64,000 bases of DNA, taken from the NCBI GenBank assembly GCA_965205015.1, contig OZ242029.1, positions 5,504,001 through 5,568,000 on the forward strand, given 5' to 3'. This DNA is from Candidatus Poribacteria bacterium (GTDB lineage Bacteria > Poribacteria > WGA-4E > WGA-3G). Positions 49,956 through 58,564 of the stretch are shown piece by piece. The notes beneath the pieces were generated by a model. That model did not search any database. It was not told the DNA's origin and saw nothing but the letters and a program-made list of their open reading frames with translations. The translations under genes and the position numbers were made by a program. The number at the start of each line of letters is the position of its first letter. Positions within the stretch are counted from its first letter, which is position 1.

Positions 49956-50708
49956 CTATCTGAGTCCTCCCTTGAGTTTACCCCATGTTGTGGTGAGTTT
50001 TCCACGCGCTTCCACATCTTGCGGAGTTTCCATGACTTTTTGGATGTCGTCTTCACTCAGGGTTTTCTCATAGAGTCGGACTTCATCAATTTTACCGGGG
50101 AAGTGGTCGGTGGCGTTGCCGAGATCATCGCCGCCAATCCAGAGATCTAAACCGGAGGGCGCGATTGGGACATCATTCGCAGCGTCGCCTTCAAGTTCGC
50201 CGTTTATGTAGACCTTCATTGTCTTTCCATCAAATGTCCCTGCGAAGTGATACCATTCGCCGACTTTCCAATCCGTTGTTGTGGATTGCGCGAAGGTATT
50301 GTTCGGTTTGACGAGAAAGTCGATGCTGTCTTTGTTGCCGAAGTCGAAGATGACGAAGATGGAGTTATTTTTACTCATTAAGCGGTGACCGGTGAGTGCG
50401 TCGTTTGGACTGAACCACGCCATGAGGGTAATATTTTCCTCGATTGCGAAGTCGGGATCGTCTGCGACGATGACATGGTCGTCGACACCGTTAAATTCGA
50501 GGGCGGTCCCGAACTTTCCCTCCACCCATTTCGGCTTACCGTGAAATTCTCCATCGTGTCCGTTGCCGGTGATGTCTATGGCTTCTTTACCCTTGCCCTC
50601 GTCAAAGGGCCAGTAAGCGACGAGTCCGTCTTCTGCTACGTTGGCGACACTAAAGTTGGCAATCATTAAAAGCAAACAGAGCGACAATACAAAGGTAACT
50701 TTAGGCAT
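49956..50708 (-). CDS. Secreted LamG-like protein with TTW motif
   Basis: YWPFDEGKG, WYHFAGTFDG, IDEVRLY; ends VEARGKLTTTWGKLK. Confidence 0.85.
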   Translation of the reverse strand: MPKVTFVLSLCLLLMIANFSVANVAEDGLVAYWPFDEGKGKEAIDITGNGHDGEFHGKPKWVEGKFGTALEFNGVDDHVIVADDPDFAIEENITLMAWFSPNDALTGHRLMSKNNSIFVIFDFGNKDSIDFLVKPNNTFAQSTTTDWKVGEWYHFAGTFDGKTMKVYINGELEGDAANDVPIAPSGLDLWIGGDDLGNATDHFPGKIDEVRLYEKTLSEDDIQKVMETPQDVEARGKLTTTWGKLKGGLR

Positions 50709-50917
50709 TGCGATTTCTCCTATGCAAAAGCAGAATTTTAGATTTGTATCCTGGGGAACTTATAGATATTATAACATATTTGTGAAAAGGAAGTGTAGAA
50801 AAAATTAAGATTGGGTAGGAAAATTCGATGGGTGAACGAAACGCGTTAATCGCCTGAATGCGCGTCGCATTTCGGCGAAAAAACACACTTCGCCTCTAAC
50901 ATTTTGCACTTATAGCA

Positions 50918-51616
50918 CTAAGTGCTCTCAAGACGAATATCTTCCATAGCGCTTTTAAGTTGTTCTACTGAGGGAAGCGAGACCTTCGACCGTTTCCGAA
51001 CGATTGCTTTGAATAGATGCTCAAATTCAACGCGCAGGAAAATAGATGGATCTTTCTGTTTGAACATGCGGCGCAGCCACTTTGGGTTCACCTTTTCATT
51101 AATTTCCGTGAGTATGGATTCAAACTCACCTTCTGTGAGCATATATTCAGATGAAAGCCGTTCGATCTCTTTCTGCAAGATTGCAATCAAACGTTCCAAG
51201 TCGTCCTTAACAAACTTATCCGCGAGAAATTTGGCTGCGGTAGTTCCTCCAATGCCCGCTCCCAATGAGCACACGACTCCTCCGACCAGTCCGCCAATCA
51301 CTGTGCCGACACCGGGAAATACACTCCCAATCGCTGCGCCGCCAATCCACCCAGCGGTGCCTGTTATAACACCAGCAGCGTTAATTGCGGTATTTTTTGC
51401 GAACTGTTGCCACGAAATTGAACGTTTGAAAACGGCTCGGTAGAAATCAGGCGTGCTTGTCACAATTGCTGCGACTGCCGCTGTGATAGCATTCGTGCGA
51501 AGTAGTCTTGATACTTGGTAAATTGCCCGTTGCCGAGCGTCTAATTCCGGTACGCGGCTCGTAATCTCGTGTAGAGGCTGCGATACGTCTTGTTCGTCGT
51601 CAAAGCTGTCATTCAC
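50918..51616 (-). CDS. Hypothetical protein with glycine-zipper-like segment
   Basis: GGAAIGSVFPGVGTVIGGLVGG; own promoter and GGAGG RBS. Confidence 0.65.
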   Translation of the reverse strand: MNDSFDDEQDVSQPLHEITSRVPELDARQRAIYQVSRLLRTNAITAAVAAIVTSTPDFYRAVFKRSISWQQFAKNTAINAAGVITGTAGWIGGAAIGSVFPGVGTVIGGLVGGVVCSLGAGIGGTTAAKFLADKFVKDDLERLIAILQKEIERLSSEYMLTEGEFESILTEINEKVNPKWLRRMFKQKDPSIFLRVEFEHLFKAIVRKRSKVSLPSVEQLKSAMEDIRLEST

Positions 51617-51655
51617 TTTCTCTTTGCCTCCTCTACTTCAAAGTTTAATAATCAC

Positions 51656-51684
51656 ATATTAACATATTCCACAGCGAATGTCAA
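51656..51684 (-). promoter_or_regulatory. sigma70 promoter (copy B of the duplicated unit)
   Basis: TTGACA-N17-TAATAT on the minus strand; paralogous to 53200-53228. Confidence 0.65.
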
Positions 51685-51825
51685 GCCATTTTTCAAGACA
51701 CATGTCGCCCTGCTGAGGCTTTATTTGGTGGGGTACCATGTTACTATAAACATATCGCCCCGCTGGGACCAAAGACCATCACTATAAACACAAAAGTTTC
51801 ACTCAAATACAAGAAGCAGGGGGAC

Positions 51826-52277
51826 AGGATTTACGCAATTTTGATCTTAGCACGCGCTGTCAGATGAGAATCGTGAAAAAATGCAGCCGGTCCCATCGCA
51901 CAACCTAACAGGTTATGCTACAAAAGAGAACCATAGGTGTCAATTTTAGAAAAACCGCTTCATAACATCGTAGGTTGGGTTGAATGGGTTCCATCGAACC
52001 TTCGGAAAGTCAGAAAGAGTGAAGTCCGTCAAGACACACTACATCAAACAGAAACCGAGTGAAACCCAACACTTTTGTTGTGAAGTTTCCATGATTCTGT
52101 CGGTATAAAGTTGGGTTTCGCTGCAGTGTTGAGCGGGTATGACGATAGATTGGATTTCAGGCGTATTTGGACTACCATATTCCGCTTTTAGGTTCCGCTC
52201 AACCCAACCTACGGGACCCGGAAACCCTAAATTGACACCTATGGCTATGCTACAAAAGAGCACCGTGCGTAAATCCT
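51826..52277. mobile_element. Nested MITE/REP-like non-autonomous elements
   Basis: Four concentric inverted-repeat pairs; 15-bp direct repeat flanking the second layer. Confidence 0.75.
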
Positions 52278-52285
52278 ATGGGATA

Positions 52286-52421
52286 TTAAACCGCACATTC
52301 AATCGACCAATGCCGATCTGTGCTTTGGACGACAACGGCACCCGGCATGTCCATCTGTGTCAGCATCTCACTGACTTCGGTAATAGTGAACGCGGCGAGG
52401 AAGGAATTCATAATAGAACTT
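52286..52421 (-). pseudogene. Diverged duplicate of the methyltransferase 3' end
   Basis: Encodes SFLAAFTITEVSEMLTQMDMPGAVVVQSTDRHWSIECAV*; compare the end of 53339..53992. Confidence 0.85.
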
Positions 52422-52462
52422 CTAACGAAACTTGGTGAGGCTGACAATCAAACGGCTTTTTA

Positions 52463-52669
52463 TCATGCCACGTGGTTAGAAGTCCGTGCAATTTTGAGAA
52501 TTAACCCACCTTTTTTGTCCTTTACAAAGTTCCCATTTTCGTCAGTTAAAAAGTCTTGACGTTTTTTTTCTTCGATGTCTTCAAGTAATGCTTTTGCATC
52601 ATAGTTGAACTTTGCCGCCCATTCTTCTCGAATTTGATGGATTTCCTCAACAAACGGATCTTTCCACAT
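52463..52669 (-). CDS. Small PIN-associated protein (putative antitoxin)
   Basis: MWKDPFVEEIHQIREEWAAKFNYD; starts 1 nt after the PIN gene stop. Confidence 0.7.
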   Translation of the reverse strand: MWKDPFVEEIHQIREEWAAKFNYDAKALLEDIEEKKRQDFLTDENGNFVKDKKGGLILKIARTSNHVA

Positions 52670-52670
52670 A

Positions 52671-53162
52671 CTAAAGATCCTCCATTAGAAGTTGTTGCGG
52701 TGTGCAAAGGATTGGTGGTTGATACCCTGACCTTCTACACACTTGCTGTATCAAGGGAATTTTGTTAATATTGGCGATATGCTTAAAATTCCACGTAGCC
52801 AAATATTGTACGTTATTTATCGCGGCAATCGCTATATGAAAGGAATCAATTCGCGCTTTTAAGGGTAAAGCTCCAGCATTTATCAAATTATCACTAAGAG
52901 AATCCAATGTTTCTTTTGGTGCATCTAACAAAGTCAGTTTTCCTAAGACATCAAGACGCTTTTGAGAAGCCTCTCTATCACCTAAGCTTACTTCTTGTTG
53001 GACAATCGGTGAAGAAACAAGATCAAATTGCTGTTCGGCAAAATTCTCCCACCAATAACGAGTGAAATATTGGCACCCACGAATCCCTTCGTTGCTACTC
53101 GGTCTGGAAGTCAGATAACTAATAACCGAAGTCTCAATATAAATGCGAGGTTTAGATAGCAT
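52671..53162 (-). CDS. PIN-domain (VapC-like) protein
   Basis: IYIETSVISYL, DSFHIAIA, LATWNFKHIAN, ILCTP. Confidence 0.85.
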   Translation of the reverse strand: MLSKPRIYIETSVISYLTSRPSSNEGIRGCQYFTRYWWENFAEQQFDLVSSPIVQQEVSLGDREASQKRLDVLGKLTLLDAPKETLDSLSDNLINAGALPLKARIDSFHIAIAAINNVQYLATWNFKHIANINKIPLIQQVCRRSGYQPPILCTPQQLLMEDL

Positions 53163-53199
53163 ACATTTCCTTCTGCCGCTTCAAAGTTTCAACAATCAC

Positions 53200-53228
53200 A
53201 TATTAGCATGTTCCAAAAGGAATGTCAA
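53200..53228 (-). promoter_or_regulatory. sigma70 promoter (copy A of the duplicated unit)
   Basis: TTGACA-N17-TAATAT on the minus strand. Confidence 0.65.
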
Positions 53229-53338
53229 GTCCTTTTTACGATATACATCTCGCCCCGCTGAGGCTAAAGAACCGAAGGCATCGTATTACTATAAACATAA
53301 CGCCCTTACAGGACTTTGGGTATTCGCAAGGGTAGGAT

Positions 53339-53992
53339 TTAAACAGCGCGCTCAATAGACCAATGCCGATCTGTGCTCTGGACGACAATGGCACCCAGCA
53401 TGTCCATCTGTGTCAGCATCTCGTTGACTTCGGCAAGGGTGAACGCGGCGAGGAAGGAGTCGTAGTAGAGTTTTTGTTGGTAAGGGGTATCATCCGCGGC
53501 ATACTTGTCTACAAAGGCTTGTGCAGCCGCTGGGGTTTCAGGACGGATGAGGTCGCGGATCAGAACTGTCCCTTGCGGACGGGCAACCCTGCCCATCTCT
53601 TTGAGTGCCGACATCGCATCGTGGATGTGATGCACAATGCTGTTGGAGATGAGTCCATCAAAGGTGTTGTCGGGGTAGGGGAGGGTTTTGGCATCGATGC
53701 ATTCGAGGGTTATCCGATCGGTGAGACCGGCATCTGCGATGTGATGTTTCGCTATCTTTAGCATTTCTTCGGACAGGTCAAGGGCGGTGATGTGGATATC
53801 TGGACAACGTTGGGCGAGGAGGATCGGAATCTGTGCGGGACCGGTGCCGACATCGAGAAAATGCCCAGTGCTCGCACCGAGTGCGACAACGCGGTCTACA
53901 AAAGCCTGATCAACCTCACCGTGCTCCATCGCATCGTAGGCTTCGGCGGCTTCCGCTGTATCCATGACTTCTGGTTCTACAATTCGTTTCAT
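53339..53992 (-). CDS. Class I SAM-dependent methyltransferase
   Basis: FLDVGTGPA, DLSEEML, LPYPDNTFD, SNSIVHH. Confidence 0.9.
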   Translation of the reverse strand: MKRIVEPEVMDTAEAAEAYDAMEHGEVDQAFVDRVVALGASTGHFLDVGTGPAQIPILLAQRCPDIHITALDLSEEMLKIAKHHIADAGLTDRITLECIDAKTLPYPDNTFDGLISNSIVHHIHDAMSALKEMGRVARPQGTVLIRDLIRPETPAAAQAFVDKYAADDTPYQQKLYYDSFLAAFTLAEVNEMLTQMDMLGAIVVQSTDRHWSIERAV

Positions 53993-54776
53993 TCTCTGAT
54001 TCTCTGATGATTTGAGTGACAGTCAACGCGTTTTGACGAATTTGATCGGGTTGAAATTGCGTGTACATGCCGACCGCCATTGCGTCTGTTGGCTTGATAT
54101 TCTCAAGCGCGAGTTCAAAGGCTTCATGTGGCTCGTTCCGACCCGCGGCTAATACCTTTATGGCGATTATCGGCATCGGTATTGCCTGTATCGTAGCGAA
54201 TGCTGCATATCGATCGTCGGGCAGATAGAGCTCCCTGTGTTTCGTATGATTATACAACGCGCAGACATAAAAGTCAACATCATAACCTTCAGTGTAGCAG
54301 TACTTGAGCACCTGCGGATCATGCGTGCCGAGTCCGACCGCACAACCGAGGTCTCGGATCCGTTTGAGTCCATCGCGTAAGGACCCGAGTTGTCCTTCTG
54401 CATATAACTTATCCGTTGTCCCACCGTGGTGATAGATCGCGATCGGTCTATAGCGAGCGATAATCTGTAGGTAATCGTCAAGGTTGGCGTATTCTGTATC
54501 TTTGGGTGTCTGAGCGATCCACTGAATAGTGCCACCGGTGTTCCAGTACTCGTTGAGCGTCCGCATGATATGCCTATCGGCGCGAGCGAGGACGGTGTTA
54601 ATTCCGCTCTCCTCTGCTTGCCGGAGGTCCGACATAATTCGGTGCGCCGTATAGTAATCCTCCATAGCTTTTGATGCCGCGGCGGAGCGGTGTGAGATGC
54701 CACTATACGGATTACCGCCGATGATAAGTCGTGTGACGCGATGCGATGCGATAGAAATTGTGGGTAGTTTCATCAT
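53916..54776 (-). CDS. Aldo/keto reductase-like TIM-barrel protein
   Basis: VTRLIIGGNP, GLGTH, IAIKVLAAGR; the 3' end overlaps the methyltransferase start by 77 nt. Confidence 0.6.
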   Translation of the reverse strand: MMKLPTISIASHRVTRLIIGGNPYSGISHRSAAASKAMEDYYTAHRIMSDLRQAEESGINTVLARADRHIMRTLNEYWNTGGTIQWIAQTPKDTEYANLDDYLQIIARYRPIAIYHHGGTTDKLYAEGQLGSLRDGLKRIRDLGCAVGLGTHDPQVLKYCYTEGYDVDFYVCALYNHTKHRELYLPDDRYAAFATIQAIPMPIIAIKVLAAGRNEPHEAFELALENIKPTDAMAVGMYTQFQPDQIRQNALTVTQIIRESENETNCRTRSHGYSGSRRSLRCDGAR

Positions 54777-54777
54777 G

Positions 54778-55263
54778 TTATCTTGTGATTCCAAGCTCCT
54801 CTGGAGAAAAGTGAGGAATCCGGGAACCCGCACTGGGGTTCAGATCCCTTTCTGCGGAAATTTTGTAAATTGCACCCTTTGTGTCTGTATGAAACATAAG
54901 TTGATACATTTCAACTGTTGTCTCCGGAGCCTGTGCTATGCGCTGTCCCATGTTAACTGATTGTCTGCTGGAAATGATTTCGTGGTGTGCCAGCTGTAGA
55001 AAGGTCACCGATGGGATCTGATAGATGTAAATTTTTGAACCTGTGTCGGTGTTACTGATTCCATGGGGTGTTCCCCATTCCCGAATCGCCTTTGAAATGT
55101 GCCTTCCGTGCCACACTTCCAGAAGTTGCTGTATTTCTGCCCGCTGTATTTCTTTCTCTGGTGAGGGTTCGGGGGCATTCATCAAATACTTCGATGCCGT
55201 ACACCCTGCCAGTAAAACGCTTGCGATAAACGCTAAGTATAAAGGGAACGCAAATCTGTTCAT
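54778..55263 (-). CDS. Hypothetical lipoprotein
   Basis: LAGC lipobox; WGTP motif. Confidence 0.6.
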   Translation of the reverse strand: MNRFAFPLYLAFIASVLLAGCTASKYLMNAPEPSPEKEIQRAEIQQLLEVWHGRHISKAIREWGTPHGISNTDTGSKIYIYQIPSVTFLQLAHHEIISSRQSVNMGQRIAQAPETTVEMYQLMFHTDTKGAIYKISAERDLNPSAGSRIPHFSPEELGITR

Positions 55264-56240
55264 TTTCGATCCTCACTTTTGACGTCACCCCATGTGGTCG
55301 TGAGTAACTGCGGTTGCGGTGAAACCGGTAAAGCCGATGGGTCAAACCAATCGCCTACATAATTGCTGCCATCGTGCGTAAGTTGCGTGATGGCACGCGT
55401 CACCACATTGATTTTGTAAATCTGAGATGCCTCCCCAACCCATTGGGAATAGACAAGTTCATCACCAGACGGCGACCAAGCGACCACTTTTCCTCCCATG
55501 AGAAAAACCCCGTTAACAATCCGTTGAAGTCCACTACCACCGCGGTTGGCGATAAATATCGACAGCTGCGGCGGTTCTCGTCTATACAAGGCAAAGGCGA
55601 TTTTGTTGTGAACAGGCGACCACGCCGGTTGCCACCTTCGCGCGTTATCATCCGGCAGAAGGGTCTCCTGTTTGCGGGTCTTTAGATTGATAAATCGGAT
55701 TTGGTAACTCGCCCAATGAATCTCCCCATGTACAACATACGCAATTTCCGTTCCATCCGGAGACCAAACGGGCTGTTTACCATCCGCTTTTTCCATTTCA
55801 ACAACGCGATTGACCGACGTTCCATCCGCTCTGGCAGTGTAGATGCTGAAAAATTTAGTATCCTCGTCACGTTGAGAATACGCAATTTTTTTCCCATCCG
55901 GGGACCAGGCAGGATGGTCTCTATATGCAGGATCGGTTCGAAACACGGGTCGCTCACCCCCGCCATCAGCCCGCATCATATAGAGATCACGCTCCCCACT
56001 TCGGTCAGAAACAAAAAGAATCTCCTCCCCCGTCGGCGAGCAGACCGGATAGAAATCGCGTGCGCGGTGATTGGTTAACCTAACCTGTTGACTGCCATCG
56101 GGATTCATCATATAAATTTCATAGTTGCCATTCCGCTTTGATGTAAAGATAATTTTTTCGGTTCTGAGCGGTTTCGCAGAGACAGAACACAGGAGTCCTA
56201 AACCTAAGCAACAGAAAAAGAAAACACGAAGCACTTTCAT
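55260..56240 (-). CDS. TolB-like (PD40) beta-propeller with C-terminal TTW motif
   Basis: EIYMMNPDGS, PAWSPDG repeats; ends PVSPQPQLLTTTWGDVK. Confidence 0.85.
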   Translation of the reverse strand: MKVLRVFFFCCLGLGLLCSVSAKPLRTEKIIFTSKRNGNYEIYMMNPDGSQQVRLTNHRARDFYPVCSPTGEEILFVSDRSGERDLYMMRADGGGERPVFRTDPAYRDHPAWSPDGKKIAYSQRDEDTKFFSIYTARADGTSVNRVVEMEKADGKQPVWSPDGTEIAYVVHGEIHWASYQIRFINLKTRKQETLLPDDNARRWQPAWSPVHNKIAFALYRREPPQLSIFIANRGGSGLQRIVNGVFLMGGKVVAWSPSGDELVYSQWVGEASQIYKINVVTRAITQLTHDGSNYVGDWFDPSALPVSPQPQLLTTTWGDVKSEDRK

Positions 56241-56471
56241 AGACAATCCCCTCCTTAACCTTGTCAAGTAAATAGCAATTTCTATGCCAATATAAAACAA
56301 TCAAAAAAACAGGAAATACTACGGATTTAGTGGGTTTGGTATAGGTACAGGCTGCACGAAACGGGGCAAATAGAAAGATACCTGCACGGATTTGTGCAGA
56401 TGTGAAAAATCGGACGGGTTGCCGAGGAACAAGCGTGTTGTGCTGAAAGAATTAGCACATAGCTTGAAACC

Positions 56472-56498
56472 GTAGGGGCGAGGTAACCTCGCCCGTAC
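56472..56498. repeat. GTAG-type REP palindrome
   Basis: GTAGGGGCGAGGTAACCTCGCCCGTAC. Confidence 0.7.
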
Positions 56499-56563
56499 AG
56501 AAGGTGGGTCTACGGAAAGGCACATCATCACCTAAACCCGCCTGAACGAACCGCAAGGAAAAT

Positions 56564-57520
56564 TTAAAAAATGGCGATCGGATTGCCCGGAGACCCCGTC
56601 GCACCTTTGAGACGTAGCGGTGCGAAACAGAAGGCGAATTCATACACCTTCGCTGCCGCTAACTCCTCTGTAATAATGTTCTCAAGGTTGTAAATGCCGT
56701 GTTTGACAATAAACAGCTGATGTACCGGAAACGCAAGGGTTTCATCAGGATTCGGGACGACCTCGATTCCCCAGTTATCGGCACACAACATCACAATCTT
56801 CTGGTCGACGAGGTATTGCCCCGCCTCCAGTCCGATACCGGGTTCTGTGGCCCCGTAACGATCGTTATCCGTCATCCAGAATTTACCCCAACCGGTGTGG
56901 ATAATAACGACATCGCCGGGCGTAATCTGGACGCCTTGCTTTTTCATGGCACCCTCCAGATCAGCACGCGTAATTTCATAACTGTCGCCGAGGTGTTCAA
57001 CGCCTTTATAGCCAGCGACATCAATCAGGACCCCGCGCGTCACGATCGGTCCCACATTCTCAACACCGAGTTCCGTGAGGCCTTCGGCTTTGGCGAAATC
57101 GCGCTGGTTCAACCCGTTGTAGTAGAGGTCGCCGATACCGATGTGACCGAGTCCGTCAAACTGCGTGCCGATCTGACCGATCTCGCCGCTGAAGATCTCC
57201 TCAAACCACGTCGTTTTGTTCTCACCGAGTGGACCCGACATCGCTGGAATCCGTAGGCTATAATGCCGTGTTCCGAAGACGGGGATACCGCTCTCATAGA
57301 CTCTGCCGAGTTGATAGACTTCACCCGTTTTAATTAAACTCGTGGCTTCCAAGACTTTCTCTGGCGTTAATCGGTTAACAGCACCCCGCCGATCATCGGC
57401 ACCCCACTCGGAGGGAAACCATGATTCTTGTGTGAGCGTAACGGTTGCCGTGAGGGCAAGTCCACCAAAGATAAGCCCAAATAGAATAAAAATCTTGTGT
57501 TTTTTCGATTTTTTGAACAT
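56564..57520 (-). CDS. Cyclase (kynurenine formamidase-like) family protein, exported
   Basis: GTQFDGLGH, TRGVLID, HTGW, GATGSPGNPIA; N-terminal signal or anchor. Confidence 0.85.
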   Translation of the reverse strand: MFKKSKKHKIFILFGLIFGGLALTATVTLTQESWFPSEWGADDRRGAVNRLTPEKVLEATSLIKTGEVYQLGRVYESGIPVFGTRHYSLRIPAMSGPLGENKTTWFEEIFSGEIGQIGTQFDGLGHIGIGDLYYNGLNQRDFAKAEGLTELGVENVGPIVTRGVLIDVAGYKGVEHLGDSYEITRADLEGAMKKQGVQITPGDVVIIHTGWGKFWMTDNDRYGATEPGIGLEAGQYLVDQKIVMLCADNWGIEVVPNPDETLAFPVHQLFIVKHGIYNLENIITEELAAAKVYEFAFCFAPLRLKGATGSPGNPIAIF

Positions 57521-57664
57521 AATTGCCTCCTGAAATAGTCATCAGCAGTCAGTCGCAAGAGGTTAATACCAAACAAAAATCCTCTTAACGGATTACCGAT
57601 CCCTGACCACTGACAGTCATTAACAAACAGATACAGACCCTGCATACAAATGACGAGGGTGCCC

Positions 57665-58555
57665 ATGGATTTTACTTCAATTGCTTTAATTCTACTGTCA
57701 GCATTTTGCCACGCCCTATGGAATTTCTACAGCAAATCCAGCAGAGATACACGCATCCTCTTTTTTTGGTGTGGATTTTATACCGTAGTCATAGCGTTCA
57801 TCGCATTTAGTATCAAGCATCCGGTAGTTCCGAAACCGGTATGGGGCTATATTATTGCTTCCGCTGTCGTCCATCTATTATACAAACTGTTTTTGACACA
57901 CGCTTATACCGTTGGCGAGATTTCTTTCGTCTATCCGATAGCGCGCGCCGCCCCCGCTTTCCTACCCCTCTTTGCCTTTCTTTTCTTAAACGAACGAGTT
58001 TCCGCGCAAGGCTTGATAGGTATCCTCTGTGTGATGGCTTCCATACTCCTCTATCAACAACGCGAAGCACACATCGGTTTCAAAGCGTTCTTTCGCTTCC
58101 TACGTCAACCCGATGCCCTATGGGCTTATGCTACTCTCGCCAGCGTCATTGGATACTCGCTCATAGACAAGCAAGGGATGTTTGAATTTCATCGCTACGC
58201 AATAGAGGTCCCGCTGTGGCGAGCCGTGACCTATTACTTAATGGAGAACAGCATCTCGCAAGTTTTTTACGGGCTGTCCTGCCTCGTCCGATTTCCACAC
58301 CAGCGGATTGTCGAGATTGGACAAACGGAATGGAAGCGGACTCTCGCCATTGTCGGTCTTTCGTTGATATCCTATTCGCTCATCCTCTACGTCTTGATGA
58401 CAGAAAAGGTCAGCTACGTGACCGCGGTTCGGCAGTGTTCCGTCATTTTCGTTGTTCTGCTCGGCGGATATGCGCTGAAAGAGACCTATACAAAACGCCG
58501 TTTGATCGCAGCTGTGATGATGGTATTCGGCATTTTTTTGATGACAAAGCAATAG
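57665..58555 (+). CDS. EamA/DMT family transporter
   Basis: HALWNF, AYTVGEISFVYPIAR, VTAVRQCSVIF. Confidence 0.88.
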   Translation: MDFTSIALILLSAFCHALWNFYSKSSRDTRILFFWCGFYTVVIAFIAFSIKHPVVPKPVWGYIIASAVVHLLYKLFLTHAYTVGEISFVYPIARAAPAFLPLFAFLFLNERVSAQGLIGILCVMASILLYQQREAHIGFKAFFRFLRQPDALWAYATLASVIGYSLIDKQGMFEFHRYAIEVPLWRAVTYYLMENSISQVFYGLSCLVRFPHQRIVEIGQTEWKRTLAIVGLSLISYSLILYVLMTEKVSYVTAVRQCSVIFVVLLGGYALKETYTKRRLIAAVMMVFGIFLMTKQ

Positions 58556-58564
58556 GCTAAAGGA

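Noticed and set aside
52286-53475. Diversity-generating retroelement TR/VR pair
   Set aside because: Mismatches are not confined to adenines, the adjacent promoter is duplicated too, and no reverse transcriptase is in the window
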